Shown piece by piece: positions 20,489-30,768 of a stretch of DNA of 64,000 nucleotides. Numbering within the stretch: the first letter of the stretch is position 1; each line of letters opens with the position of its first letter. The DNA comes from Candidatus Babeliales bacterium (lineage in GTDB: Bacteria; Babelota; Babeliae; Babelales; JANWKD01), in the NCBI GenBank assembly GCA_963722075.1, contig CAVRJM010000001.1, positions 96,001-160,000 of the forward strand, given 5' to 3'. The translations under genes were made by a program, and so were the position numbers. A model generated the notes under the pieces. The model made no database searches. It worked only from the letters and a program-made list of their open reading frames with translations, and was not told the DNA's origin.

Positions 20489-20496
20489 TATTTTAG

Positions 20497-20814
20497 TTAG
20501 TTGTTATATATTTCTTCTATTTGGCTTAAGAATAGAGGACATTCGAACCGCATTCTTGTTAAAAGCAATTGAGCTATTGCTGATGATTCATGGTTTTTAA
20601 TCTCCTGTAAGATCATCACCGTATCGGGTGATTTATGGTTTTTGCATATCGCCATCATAAAAAGTGTTTCAACATGTTCTTGTGCCATTTGATTTGTAGG
20701 GTGTTCTATAGCATTTTCTAATGCGTGCTTAAATACGGTCACGGCATCATCTGATTGAGCTATCAGTGAAGTAGCATAAAAAACAACGCCATATAATAAT
20801 AATTTTTTTTTCAT
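20497..20814 (-). CDS. Small secreted protein, two-Cys family B
   Basis: Signal peptide; FKHALENA..AIC..RFECPLFL. Confidence 0.7.
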   Translation of the reverse strand: MKKKLLLYGVVFYATSLIAQSDDAVTVFKHALENAIEHPTNQMAQEHVETLFMMAICKNHKSPDTVMILQEIKNHESSAIAQLLLTRMRFECPLFLSQIEEIYNN

Positions 20815-20966
20815 AATTAAATTCCTTATATAAAAATAAAATCGTTTTTTTATTTTTATACTATACTGGTTATTTTTTTAAAAACAATAATTGTTGAATA
20901 CATGACAAGGCAATTGAACCAAATAATAAGTATTTAAGCAGGAAATTAAAAGTATATTAACTTTAG

Positions 20967-21045
20967 CCTGGATCCCCACGCTGCGCTCGGGATGACGACG
21001 ATCGAAAACAAAAGAACGTCGTTGCGAGTTTACGAAGCAATCCAG
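20967..21045. repeat. CGTC-type palindromic repeat pair
   Basis: CCTGGATCCCCACGCTGCGCTCGGGATGACG and CGTCGTTGCGAGTTTACGAAGCAATCCAG. Confidence 0.8.
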
Positions 21046-21181
21046 TATTCTATTTATGCTTTTTAATCTGATACCTTAAATACGTTTGCTCTGAACATAT
21101 GAATTAATGTTAAAATTGAGTATTGCATTATTTTTCACCAATTTTTTATCCTGTAATAAATCACACTAAGAGGGGGATAGC

Positions 21182-22195
21182 ATGGCTGTTAAAAAAAGAG
21201 CCACACAATCATTAGATGAATTATTAAAAAAAGCACAAAAAGAAAAACAACCGGATTTTATTCCTCCCATGCTTGCCACCCTTACCGAAGATTATTTTTC
21301 TAGTGATGAATGGATTTATGAACATAAATTTGATGGAGAGCGCTGCCTTGCGTTTAAAAAGAATGGGAAGGTCCGCCTCAGATCCAGAAATAATCGTTCA
21401 ATGAATGATGAATATCCTGAATTAGTAACAGCTTTAGAAAAACAAATAGCCGATGATTTTATTATTGATGGAGAAATTGTTGCGCTTAATAGAGAGGGTA
21501 TTTCAGATTTTCAATTACTCCAAGGCCGTATAAATGTAAGAAGTGTTACACACTTAGAAGAAATAGAAGTGCCCATTTATTATCGTATTTTTGATTTACT
21601 CTATGTTGGTGGCTATAACATAACTCATTTGCCCTTATTAGCGCGAAAAGCACTATTAAAAAAGTTATTACGATATAATAAAATGCTTAATTATACGGAG
21701 CATCATGTTGGTGATGGTGTTGCCTTATTTAAAAAGGCCTGTGCAGCACATTGGGAAGGATTAATTGCAAAAAAAATAGATAGCACCTATGTATCAAAGC
21801 GTTCACCCAGTTGGTTAAAATTTAAATGTAGTGCAGGGCAAGAATTGATTATTATAGGATATACCGAGCCAAAAGGATCGCGCGCTTATTTTGGCGCCTT
21901 ATTGGTTGGCTATTATGATCATGGAAAATTAATGTATGCCGGTAAAGTAGGCACCGGATATACTCAAGCAACACTTGAAATGATTGGCAAAAAATTAAAA
22001 AAACTTGAAACAAAGAAAAAGTTGGTAACTAATTATACCGGCACACTCCGTGGAGTTCATTGGGTGAAACCAGTATTAGTTGCTGAATTTAAATTTGCGC
22101 AATGGACACGCGATAATCGATTGCGAGTAGGAAGATACCAAGGATTGCGGGATGATAAAAAGGCAGCTGAAGTAGTTAAAGAAACGCCTAAATAA
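21182..22195 (+). CDS. ATP-dependent DNA ligase (LigD ligase domain only)
   Basis: PMLA, EHKFDGER, IDGEIV, EGLIAK, WLKFK, YAGKVGTG. Confidence 0.9.
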   Translation: MAVKKRATQSLDELLKKAQKEKQPDFIPPMLATLTEDYFSSDEWIYEHKFDGERCLAFKKNGKVRLRSRNNRSMNDEYPELVTALEKQIADDFIIDGEIVALNREGISDFQLLQGRINVRSVTHLEEIEVPIYYRIFDLLYVGGYNITHLPLLARKALLKKLLRYNKMLNYTEHHVGDGVALFKKACAAHWEGLIAKKIDSTYVSKRSPSWLKFKCSAGQELIIIGYTEPKGSRAYFGALLVGYYDHGKLMYAGKVGTGYTQATLEMIGKKLKKLETKKKLVTNYTGTLRGVHWVKPVLVAEFKFAQWTRDNRLRVGRYQGLRDDKKAAEVVKETPK

Positions 22196-22296
22196 AATAT
22201 TTCAATTAGAATAAATTGTTAATGAAATAGTGCTGCAGTTGCTTAAAATGATGCCATCATTATACTTATTAGTAATGGATTTAAATATGAGGTTAT

Positions 22297-23703
22297 ATGA
22301 ATTTTCTAATAATTAATCTGATTCTTTCTTTCCTACTTTCTTACACTCCCTTATTTTCTATAAAAATTGATGACGTCAGCCGGTTAAATGAAACCGAAGT
22401 GTCTGCTATTGTGCAGCCTACAACTACTCAAGAGATTCAAAAAATAGTTAAATGGGCGCATCAAAATGATAAAAAAATTTCAGTTGCCGGCCAGCGGCAT
22501 AGCCAAGGGGGGCATATTTGTTACCCTGATGCGGTAGTGCTTGATATGTTGAGATTCAATAAAATTCTCAAATTAGATCAGGAACATGCTGTTATAACGG
22601 TGCAAGCAGGGGCTACCTGGAAGGATATTCAAGAATATAGTAATCCCTACCATTTAGCAGTAAAAAACATGCAATCTTTTAATTCATTTACCGTAGGAGG
22701 TTCGCTCAGCGTAAATGTTCATGGACAGGATATAGAAGGGCCGTTAATTTCATCTATTGTTAATTTTAGAATGGTAAATGCATCAGGAGAGCTGATTGAG
22801 GTAAATCGCATGAATAATGAAGCTCTCTTTAGACTGGTAATTGGGGGCTATGGGTTATTTGGTATTGTTACTGATATTGATCTTCAATTAACTCCTAATT
22901 TGTTGTATAGGCAGGAAATAAAAAATTTTTCTTTAAAGAATTATATTAACTATTTTAATAATCACCTAAAGATAAATCCATTAACTGAATTGCATTTTGC
23001 TCGTTTTAATGTGTGCCCTAAATCTGCACATTTTTTGAATATGGTAACTTCAGTGACATACCAAAAAGTCACCGACCAAATTGAAGATTTCCCTCATTTA
23101 ATCCCCTTGCATACAGAAAAATATAGCTGGATGCTTACCTATGCGTTATCACTTATCAGAAATTTTAGCCTAGCTAAAAAAATAAAATTTCCTTTAGAGG
23201 GAAGCCTTATGCGCAATAATGGTTTTATTACTCGAAACAATGCAATGTATAATGATGTGCATTTTTTAGATTATGATAATGAAAAAAATACTGATATATT
23301 ACAAGAATATTTTATTCCCGTTGATCAGTTAGAAGAGTTTGTGGCATTTGTGCGCTCATTATGTATAGAAAAAAATAGTAATATATTAAATATTACTATC
23401 CGTTATGTGCCTCGTAATGAAGAATCAATACTATCATATGCGCAGCATGATTCTTTTGCTTTAGTTTTTTATATAAACCATGAGCTGACTTCACTGGCAT
23501 GTGCTACAATGAAAGAATGGACGCAAAAATTAATTGATAAAGCAATCGCATTACAAGGCTCTTATTATTTACCGTATCAATTATATGCTTCTAAGAATCA
23601 ATTGCAAAAAGCATACCCATTAAGTGATTATTTTTTTGAATGCAAAAAAGTATATGATCCACAAGAACTATTTATTAATCATTTTTATATGCGGTATAAA
23701 TAA
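22297..23703 (+). CDS. FAD-binding oxidoreductase
   Basis: AGQRHSQGGH, TVGGSLSVNVHG, IGGYGLFG, LQEYFIP, YYLPYQL. Confidence 0.88.
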   Translation: MNFLIINLILSFLLSYTPLFSIKIDDVSRLNETEVSAIVQPTTTQEIQKIVKWAHQNDKKISVAGQRHSQGGHICYPDAVVLDMLRFNKILKLDQEHAVITVQAGATWKDIQEYSNPYHLAVKNMQSFNSFTVGGSLSVNVHGQDIEGPLISSIVNFRMVNASGELIEVNRMNNEALFRLVIGGYGLFGIVTDIDLQLTPNLLYRQEIKNFSLKNYINYFNNHLKINPLTELHFARFNVCPKSAHFLNMVTSVTYQKVTDQIEDFPHLIPLHTEKYSWMLTYALSLIRNFSLAKKIKFPLEGSLMRNNGFITRNNAMYNDVHFLDYDNEKNTDILQEYFIPVDQLEEFVAFVRSLCIEKNSNILNITIRYVPRNEESILSYAQHDSFALVFYINHELTSLACATMKEWTQKLIDKAIALQGSYYLPYQLYASKNQLQKAYPLSDYFFECKKVYDPQELFINHFYMRYK

Positions 23704-23729
23704 TAAAAAAATATATAAGAAAGGAATGT

Positions 23730-25640
23730 ATGAAAAAAATAATAATTATTCTTATGGTGGTGTTGGTGGGAATTTATCTGATAACCAAAGTAACAGCAAA
23801 GAGCTGTCCATTAATACCGCGCGAAATATTATTTGGTAATCCTACTGATAAAAAAACGCTAACACGAATATCACCTAATAGTGCGTACCTGACCTACCTT
23901 TCAGCCGTTGATAAGGTGACCAACATTTGGCTCAGATCGGTAGATAAAGATGATGCGCGACCCATTACTTTTGATAAAAATCGTGGCATTCAAACTTATT
24001 TTTGGGCTTATGATAACAACCATATTTTTTATAAACAGGATTTGAATGGTAATGAAAATTGGCGCCTATTTGCCGTTGATATAAATACGGGAGAGGTGAT
24101 TGATTATACACCATTTGATGAGGTGCAAGTTAATATGGTGGAATATAATAAATTTCATCCCGATCGTATGCTTATTGAAATGAATAAGCGGGATCCCAAA
24201 GCGCATGATGTATATGAACTGGATCTAAAAACGAAAGAATTAAAACTCATTAATGAAAATCCTGGCAGAGTTGTTGAATGGATTGCTGATCATAATTTAA
24301 ATCTATTGGGTAAGGTAGAATCAATTGAAGACAAGGGTGGTTATATTTTATTTACCCGCGCAAACACAACAGAGCCATGGAAAGAAATTGCACGTTGGGA
24401 TGCCTATGAAGCCGCGCCAGCCTTTTATTTTTCCAAAAATGCCGATTATTTATTTTCAATTGATTCGCGCAATAGTAATACCAGCAGATTTGTAAAAATT
24501 AATGCACGTACTGGCGAAGTAACGCCGTTAGTTTCAGATCCAGAATATGATATAAATGGCAGTATGCTTATTGATTCAGATACCTTGGAACCATTAGCGG
24601 TGAGTTATACCAAAGATCGTTTAGTGTGGGTACCGCTTACTGAAGATATTGCGCACACATTTTCTCAATTGCGTACTATTGATGAGGGTGAAATTTTAAT
24701 CAACGCGCGAACTGAAGATGATATGTTGTGGGTTGTTGCCTTTATGAAAGATACTGGCCCGGTAACCTATTGGCTATTTGATAGAAAAACTAATGAAAAA
24801 AGATTTTTATTTAATCATCAATCCACCTACAATAACTATAAACTTTCTCCGATGATCCCAATTGAATTTAAAGCGCGCGATGGATTAACAATTCATGGCT
24901 ATTTAACGTATCCCTGTGGTGAGCAAAAAACGAATTTACCATTAGTGCTTAATGTGCATGGTGGGCCATGGACACGTGATAACTGGGGATTTAATCCTGA
25001 AGTGCAATGGCTTGCTAATCGCGGCTATGCGGTACTTGAAGTTAATTATCGCGGTTCTTCTGGATACGGTAAATCATTTTTAAATGCGGGTAATAAAGAG
25101 TGGGGTAAAGCAATGCAAAATGATCTTACTGATGCGGTGCACTGGGCAATCAATGCAGGTATTGCAGATCCTAAAAAAGTGGCTATTTATGGGGGCTCTT
25201 ATGGCGGATACGCAGCATTAGCAGGAGCTACTTTAACTCCTGATTTGTATTGCTGTGCCATTGATATTGTGGGTATTAGTAATATCAGTACGCTGTTGAA
25301 ATCTATTCCGCCTTATTGGACCTCAATGATTGAAATATATTATAACCGCGTAGGAAATCCTGATACTGAAAAAGAGCTGCTTGATGCGGTTTCGCCCTTA
25401 TTTCATGTTGATGCAATTAAAATTCCTATTTTAATAGCGCAAGGTGCTAGTGATCCACGCGTAAAACAAGCAGAATCGGATCAAATCGTTGAAGCGATGA
25501 AGAAAAAGGGATTGCAATATGAATATCTATTATTTCCCGATGAAGGGCATGGTTTTGTAAAACCGCAAAATAGATTGAAATTTTATAAAGCAGCAGAAAA
25601 ATTTTTAGCGCGGTATTTAGGCGGAAGATATGAATCTTAA
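23730..25640 (+). CDS. S9 family serine peptidase
   Basis: VHGGPW, GGSYGGY nucleophile motif, DPRV, DEGHG. Confidence 0.95.
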   Translation: MKKIIIILMVVLVGIYLITKVTAKSCPLIPREILFGNPTDKKTLTRISPNSAYLTYLSAVDKVTNIWLRSVDKDDARPITFDKNRGIQTYFWAYDNNHIFYKQDLNGNENWRLFAVDINTGEVIDYTPFDEVQVNMVEYNKFHPDRMLIEMNKRDPKAHDVYELDLKTKELKLINENPGRVVEWIADHNLNLLGKVESIEDKGGYILFTRANTTEPWKEIARWDAYEAAPAFYFSKNADYLFSIDSRNSNTSRFVKINARTGEVTPLVSDPEYDINGSMLIDSDTLEPLAVSYTKDRLVWVPLTEDIAHTFSQLRTIDEGEILINARTEDDMLWVVAFMKDTGPVTYWLFDRKTNEKRFLFNHQSTYNNYKLSPMIPIEFKARDGLTIHGYLTYPCGEQKTNLPLVLNVHGGPWTRDNWGFNPEVQWLANRGYAVLEVNYRGSSGYGKSFLNAGNKEWGKAMQNDLTDAVHWAINAGIADPKKVAIYGGSYGGYAALAGATLTPDLYCCAIDIVGISNISTLLKSIPPYWTSMIEIYYNRVGNPDTEKELLDAVSPLFHVDAIKIPILIAQGASDPRVKQAESDQIVEAMKKKGLQYEYLLFPDEGHGFVKPQNRLKFYKAAEKFLARYLGGRYES

Positions 25641-25665
25641 TTAAACTATAAACAAGGAGAGAATA

Positions 25666-26286
25666 ATGAAGAAAAATAGCTTTGTTATGCTATTATTATG
25701 TGGTGGAATATTGTGCAGCTCCAGGAATTTAGCAATTACGCCGAAAGATTTTGTTGAAAGAATCTCTCGTGGAGAAGAAGAGGCGGCTAGTAAGGAAGTT
25801 GAGGAAGAATACGTTAAACCTATTATAAAAATTATTGAAAATTTTAGAGAGATAGTAGAAAAAGGTTTAGAGCCAGTTTTTGTATCTCCTGCAGATTCGT
25901 TAACACAATATTATAAAAATCTTAATGATTTTATTACTGAAGCGATTACTTATGTTGACAATACTTATCCTAAAAACAAGGTTCTTAAAAAAACTATCCT
26001 TGAAAATCTCCCACTTCAAAAAATTATGAAGCGAACTTTAAGTTTTAAATTTTATGACAAATATCCTAAAGAAGCACTAGAATTGCTTAAACCATATCGA
26101 GAATTTCTTAAAAATAACTATTATAAAAGTTCTTTGTCAAAACTATATACCCAACTTGATAACCTTATTAATAAAATAGAAGCATATCTTCGCAAGTTAC
26201 CTAAAAACGATGCACTACAAGATTTAGCAGCAGCTCTTAATGAATTAAATAATAAACTTAACCAGCTTTCTACAGATTTACGGTAA
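25666..26286 (+). CDS. Secreted helical hypothetical protein
   Basis: AGGAG RBS, signal peptide, helical composition. Confidence 0.7.
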   Translation: MKKNSFVMLLLCGGILCSSRNLAITPKDFVERISRGEEEAASKEVEEEYVKPIIKIIENFREIVEKGLEPVFVSPADSLTQYYKNLNDFITEAITYVDNTYPKNKVLKKTILENLPLQKIMKRTLSFKFYDKYPKEALELLKPYREFLKNNYYKSSLSKLYTQLDNLINKIEAYLRKLPKNDALQDLAAALNELNNKLNQLSTDLR

Positions 26287-26379
26287 GAAATGAAAAAGTA
26301 AGTATAAGTCTTATCACAAGGCAAACCCATTTAAAATATAGTACTTAAAAGAGTTATTCTTTATGAATGATTTTATTAA

Positions 26380-26441
26380 TGGATGGCCACGCAGGCTCGC
26401 CATGACAACTATTGTCATTCCGAACGAAGTGTGGGAATCCA
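26380..26441. repeat. CGTC-type repeat pair (near-identical inverted copy of 35693-35763)
   Basis: TGGATGGCCACGCAGGCTCGCCATGACA / TGTCATTCCGAACGAAGTGTGGGAATCCA. Confidence 0.8.
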
Positions 26442-26526
26442 TTAATTAATACCCCTTTTTTATTATTTCTAAGGTCTAAAATATATCGGTAAATTTTAGT
26501 TGAGATAATCCCTATCAAAAATTTTA

Positions 26527-26554
26527 TTGACAAATAATAATTTTTCTATAAAAT
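26527..26554 (+). promoter_or_regulatory. sigma70-type promoter
   Basis: TTGACA-N16-TAAAAT followed by GGAGG RBS. Confidence 0.6.
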
Positions 26555-26575
26555 GATAATAAATGGAGGAAAATT

Positions 26576-27373
26576 ATGAAAATCAATAAAACACTAATTC
26601 TTACCGTAATTACGGCTTTTTCTATTATTTTAATCAGATCTTATAATGAATGGGTATCTAAGCCCATTGAACCTGGTTTGGTTAAAGCTTTAATAGCTAC
26701 AGATTCTTTTAATCAAAAAAACAGTGTTTCAGAATATAAGCAGTGGATTGATCAAGAAATAAGTACGATTTGGCAAGAAATTCAAGAAATAACCACCATT
26801 TCATTAGAAGATTGTATTGCCTATCAAAAAAAAACTTACCCAGCATATCTTGAAGAAACAAACAAATTTCTTGATAGTTTTAATGAATTAAAACCCGTAA
26901 GCCAAGAAATTACTACTCTCATTAAAAATATCTTAGCGGAATTTAAGGTAGATCCAGCAACAATTCGTATTATTCCGTTTAATCATTTTTGCCCTGCAGC
27001 GGGTGATGATTGTTCTTTATTAATTAATGAAGAACTATTTGGTCAATTAAAGCCATTGGCACAAAGATTTTGCATTGCCCATGAATTGCAGCATTTTATT
27101 TTTAAAGATAATTCTATCAAATCAGCATTAATAACATTAACAAAACTTGATACAAAAAATTTACCTGTTGAACATCCTATTAATAAACTTTCACGAATGA
27201 TTGAATTGCGTGCTGATATCTATGCTTGTTTTGCTGGCACTCAGTACACACAAGGGTATCAAGAATTTATTGATAAAACATTTCAAATCATTGGTGATGG
27301 AAAAGGGCTTACTCATCCTAAAACATCATTACGATTATCATATGCACAACAATTAAAAACCATTGTTGCATAA
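26576..27373 (+). CDS. Putative M48-like zinc metalloprotease
   Basis: CIAHELQH, ELRAD, THPKTSLRL. Confidence 0.7.
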   Translation: MKINKTLILTVITAFSIILIRSYNEWVSKPIEPGLVKALIATDSFNQKNSVSEYKQWIDQEISTIWQEIQEITTISLEDCIAYQKKTYPAYLEETNKFLDSFNELKPVSQEITTLIKNILAEFKVDPATIRIIPFNHFCPAAGDDCSLLINEELFGQLKPLAQRFCIAHELQHFIFKDNSIKSALITLTKLDTKNLPVEHPINKLSRMIELRADIYACFAGTQYTQGYQEFIDKTFQIIGDGKGLTHPKTSLRLSYAQQLKTIVA

Positions 27374-27381
27374 ATAATTTT

Positions 27382-27416
27382 AGGCGCTTATATCAAAAAT
27401 AAGCGCCTCTTTTTTT
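27382..27416 (+). terminator. Intrinsic terminator
   Basis: AGGCGCTTAT-loop-ATAAGCGCCT followed by a T run. Confidence 0.8.
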
Positions 27417-27511
27417 ATCTCTTTTTGTACTTATCCATTTTTAATATCCCTCAATTTATTGTCTACTCTAAATTATATATGAAAATATATTAATTTAATA
27501 AATTAATGCAA

Positions 27512-27539
27512 TTGACAAATAAGAAATATTTGGTAAAGT
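27512..27539 (+). promoter_or_regulatory. sigma70-type promoter
   Basis: TTGACA-N16-TAAAGT. Confidence 0.5.
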
Positions 27540-27585
27540 TAGAATATATGCGTTATTTAATTAATAAGTATTAATGGAGGGAAAT

Positions 27586-29274
27586 ATGAAAAAAATAACT
27601 TATTTATTACTGCTTTTGCCATTTGCATTACGGGGTATGGAATTTGCCCCTAAAAATGAATATGATTTTTTAACGAAAGATGGTAAAACCATTACCTTTA
27701 AAAAAACTATATGCCAAAAATGTACGACATTAAAAAATTGTATAGATAATGAGCAAACAGTTGAATCAAGCGATGAAAAAAGTATAGCTCGTTTGCCATT
27801 TTCTTTTAATACGCTTAGCCAGTTGCGCAATCTTATTAATCATGCAAGCAATAAAAGAAATAATAATAATATAAATGAGCTATTTGAATATTCCTTACCT
27901 GATTTTATTGAATTATTTAAAGCAGTAACGTATTTAGATTGCTCTGTTGTTAGACCATTTATTATGAATAAACTTGTTAAAAATTGTGTTGAATTATTAC
28001 CTGAAACATACATTAATTTAAAACTTGCAAATGAAATAGGTATTCCTGAAAGTGATGTTGGCATTAACGAAATATGCTTATTATTAAAAGAAGAAACTGA
28101 TAGCATTAAAAATTTACAAAAGCATATCAAGCCCAATGAAATTTCTTTAACAGTAAGTGCTACTTTTTTAAATACATCTATTACCGGTTCCACTTATCCC
28201 GTTTATGATAATGAAATAGATGGTTATGGAATAATTGATATCGAAAGTAAAGCACGAAAACATACCGTTTATACGATACCTAAAGATCGTGTATTACAAA
28301 TTCACACCTTCAATGATGTACATGTAGTAATTTCGCATAATACTGAAACCAACCAGTACAAAATAACAATGCATCAGCCAAACGCAAACCCAATAATAAT
28401 TCGTAGTGCTAGCAAAATTCATTCCGTTAATTTATCCCCTGATAAGAATAGCTTACTTATTGGTTGTGGCGGTGGTAGCATGTTTGAATATAATTTGAAA
28501 ACAAGAAAACCTATTCTTATAAATACTAACGCACGTTTTGTTTTTTTGGTTCAGTATTCACCGTGTGGAACACATTTTGTTGGAGTTTCTGAAGGTAAAG
28601 TAAAAATCTGGGATACACCAACAAAAAAATGTCTTGCTGAATTGGTGACGAAGCCATATAATCAGCTTACCCTTGGTAAGACCGTATCCTTCTCAGCTCA
28701 TAACGAAGTAGCATACATTGGATTAGATGATACGATTCATATTATTGATTTGAATTCAATAACAGAAAAAGTACCTAATGAAATAGTAATTTCAATGCCA
28801 GAATTATCAGAAAGTACGGCTTTATGCTTTTCTTCTGATGGCAACTATTTAGCTGTACAAAAAGGCGAAAGCGAAGTCATTTTAATCGATAGAGTCGCAA
28901 AGCAAATCGCGTATCGCTTTGCTAATTTTGCTAAGGAACTAAAAATTGGCGGTATATTTTTTAGTGAGGATGATTCTCAAATTAAATTGTATGATGCTCA
29001 TCATCAAAAAATGTACTGTTTTCCTTTATGTATATCTAAATCATATATTGCATCATTAACAAATGAACAGTTATTATTGTTAACACATATTGCTGATCAA
29101 TATGCTACTAATGAGGACGCGGTAGTTTTACCGCAGTTGGCTTTATCCAAGGTACCAAATTCATTAGCGGCTGCTCTTACAAAATCGAATATTATAAGAA
29201 CAGTTTCTTGGAAGGAGCTAACAGTTTCTTGGATGGCAAGACTAAAAAATAAAATTGGCTCAATATTAGAGTAA
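27586..29274 (+). CDS. Secreted Skp1/BTB-like plus WD40-repeat protein
   Basis: Signal peptide LRG|ME; LTKDGKTITF..CTTLKNCI and FIELFKAVTYLDC resemble Skp1; WD-like blades (SVNLSPD, VQYSPCG..VKIWD, LCFSSDGNYLA). Confidence 0.7.
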   Translation: MKKITYLLLLLPFALRGMEFAPKNEYDFLTKDGKTITFKKTICQKCTTLKNCIDNEQTVESSDEKSIARLPFSFNTLSQLRNLINHASNKRNNNNINELFEYSLPDFIELFKAVTYLDCSVVRPFIMNKLVKNCVELLPETYINLKLANEIGIPESDVGINEICLLLKEETDSIKNLQKHIKPNEISLTVSATFLNTSITGSTYPVYDNEIDGYGIIDIESKARKHTVYTIPKDRVLQIHTFNDVHVVISHNTETNQYKITMHQPNANPIIIRSASKIHSVNLSPDKNSLLIGCGGGSMFEYNLKTRKPILINTNARFVFLVQYSPCGTHFVGVSEGKVKIWDTPTKKCLAELVTKPYNQLTLGKTVSFSAHNEVAYIGLDDTIHIIDLNSITEKVPNEIVISMPELSESTALCFSSDGNYLAVQKGESEVILIDRVAKQIAYRFANFAKELKIGGIFFSEDDSQIKLYDAHHQKMYCFPLCISKSYIASLTNEQLLLLTHIADQYATNEDAVVLPQLALSKVPNSLAAALTKSNIIRTVSWKELTVSWMARLKNKIGSILE

Positions 29275-29284
29275 AAGAAAAAAT

Positions 29285-29312
29285 AAAAGGCGCATGTATA
29301 TGCGCCTTTTTT
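29285..29312. terminator. Bidirectional intrinsic terminator
   Basis: AAAAGGCGCATGTATATGCGCCTTTTTT between convergent genes. Confidence 0.8.
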
Positions 29313-29313
29313 A

Positions 29314-30768
29314 TTATAAATATTTTTTTAATAATTCTGGAATAATTTTAGGATTTGCTTTACCTGCTGTTTTTTGCATAATTTGCCCTACAAAGAACCC
29401 AAACATTTTTTCTTTGCCAGATTTATATTCAGCAACCTGAGCGGGAAATTGTGCAATTACCTCTTTAACAATCTTTTCAATTTCTTCAGTCGATTGTATT
29501 TGCTCAAGGCCACGTTCTTTAACAATTGCTTCAGGGGATTGCCCTGTTTGGGCAATAACGGCAAAAACTTCTTGAGCACCACGGTTATTAATAATACCGC
29601 TATCTACTAAGTTAACTAATTGAGCTAATTTTTCGGCGGTAATTTTACATTCAGCTAATGCTACTTTGTGCTCTTTTAAATAACCCATCAAATCGCGTAA
29701 AATCCAATTTACTAAAGATTTACTTGAAGTATGATTTGCTGCCTCTTCAAAATAGGTACATAATTCAGGATCTTCAATAAGAATCTCAGCTTCATATACC
29801 GAGATTCCTTTTTGTGTGCAATAACGTTCTAAACGCTGTTCTGGCAGTTCTGGCAACTGTTTTTTTAATTCATCTATTAATTCGTCATTAACGGCAATAA
29901 GTGGTAGATCTGCCTCGCGGCAATAACGATAATCAGCAGCTTCTTCTTTAGAACGCATGGGGCGGCTTATTTGTTCCTTAGTATCCCATTGGCGTGTTTC
30001 TTGTTTGATGCGTTGCCCTGATTCTAGAAGTTCAATTTGGCGTTCGATTTCATATTCAATAGCATCGCCAATAAATTTGAATGAGTTAATATTTTTTAAT
30101 TCAACGCGTGTTCCCAGTTTAGTGTCGCCTTTTTTGCGTACTGATATATTGGTATCAGCGCGTAATGATCCTTCTTGCATATTACCGGTACTAATCCCCA
30201 AATATACTACAATAAGACGCAATGTTTTAAGATATGCTTTTGCTTCTTCAGCAGAACTGATATCTGGGTGGGTGACTATTTCAAGTAACGGGGTACCAGT
30301 GCGATTGAAGTCAACAAAACTTTCATTGGAATGCGTTGCATGAATATTTTTGCCCGCGTCTTCTTCCATATGAATACGCATGATTCGTACATTTTTTTTA
30401 GTACCATCAGCTAATCGACTGCGAATATGGCCATTTTGGCAAATGGGCTTATCGTTTTGTGTAATTTGGTAATTTTTGGGCAAATCAGGATAGAAATAAT
30501 GCTTGCGCGCAAATTCTGATACCGGAGTGATAGTACAATTAGTTGCTATACCTGCTAAAACTGCATCATATACCACTTGTTTATTTAATACCGGTAATAC
30601 GCCTGGGTATCCAGTGCAAATTTGGCAGATATTGGTATTTGGTTCTTGTACGGGCTCATTAGAGCAGGTGCAAAATATTTTTGTTTTGGTATTTAATTGA
30701 ACATGTACTTCGATACCAATAGTGCATTCATATTCAGGATATCGTTGTAATGCAGAGAGCTCAGCCAT
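29314..30768 (-). CDS. gatB: Asp/Glu-tRNA amidotransferase subunit B
   Basis: IGIEVHVQL, RKHYFYPDLPKNYQITQ, HMEEDAGK, RVELKNINSF. Confidence 0.97.
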   Translation of the reverse strand: MAELSALQRYPEYECTIGIEVHVQLNTKTKIFCTCSNEPVQEPNTNICQICTGYPGVLPVLNKQVVYDAVLAGIATNCTITPVSEFARKHYFYPDLPKNYQITQNDKPICQNGHIRSRLADGTKKNVRIMRIHMEEDAGKNIHATHSNESFVDFNRTGTPLLEIVTHPDISSAEEAKAYLKTLRLIVVYLGISTGNMQEGSLRADTNISVRKKGDTKLGTRVELKNINSFKFIGDAIEYEIERQIELLESGQRIKQETRQWDTKEQISRPMRSKEEAADYRYCREADLPLIAVNDELIDELKKQLPELPEQRLERYCTQKGISVYEAEILIEDPELCTYFEEAANHTSSKSLVNWILRDLMGYLKEHKVALAECKITAEKLAQLVNLVDSGIINNRGAQEVFAVIAQTGQSPEAIVKERGLEQIQSTEEIEKIVKEVIAQFPAQVAEYKSGKEKMFGFFVGQIMQKTAGKANPKIIPELLKKYL

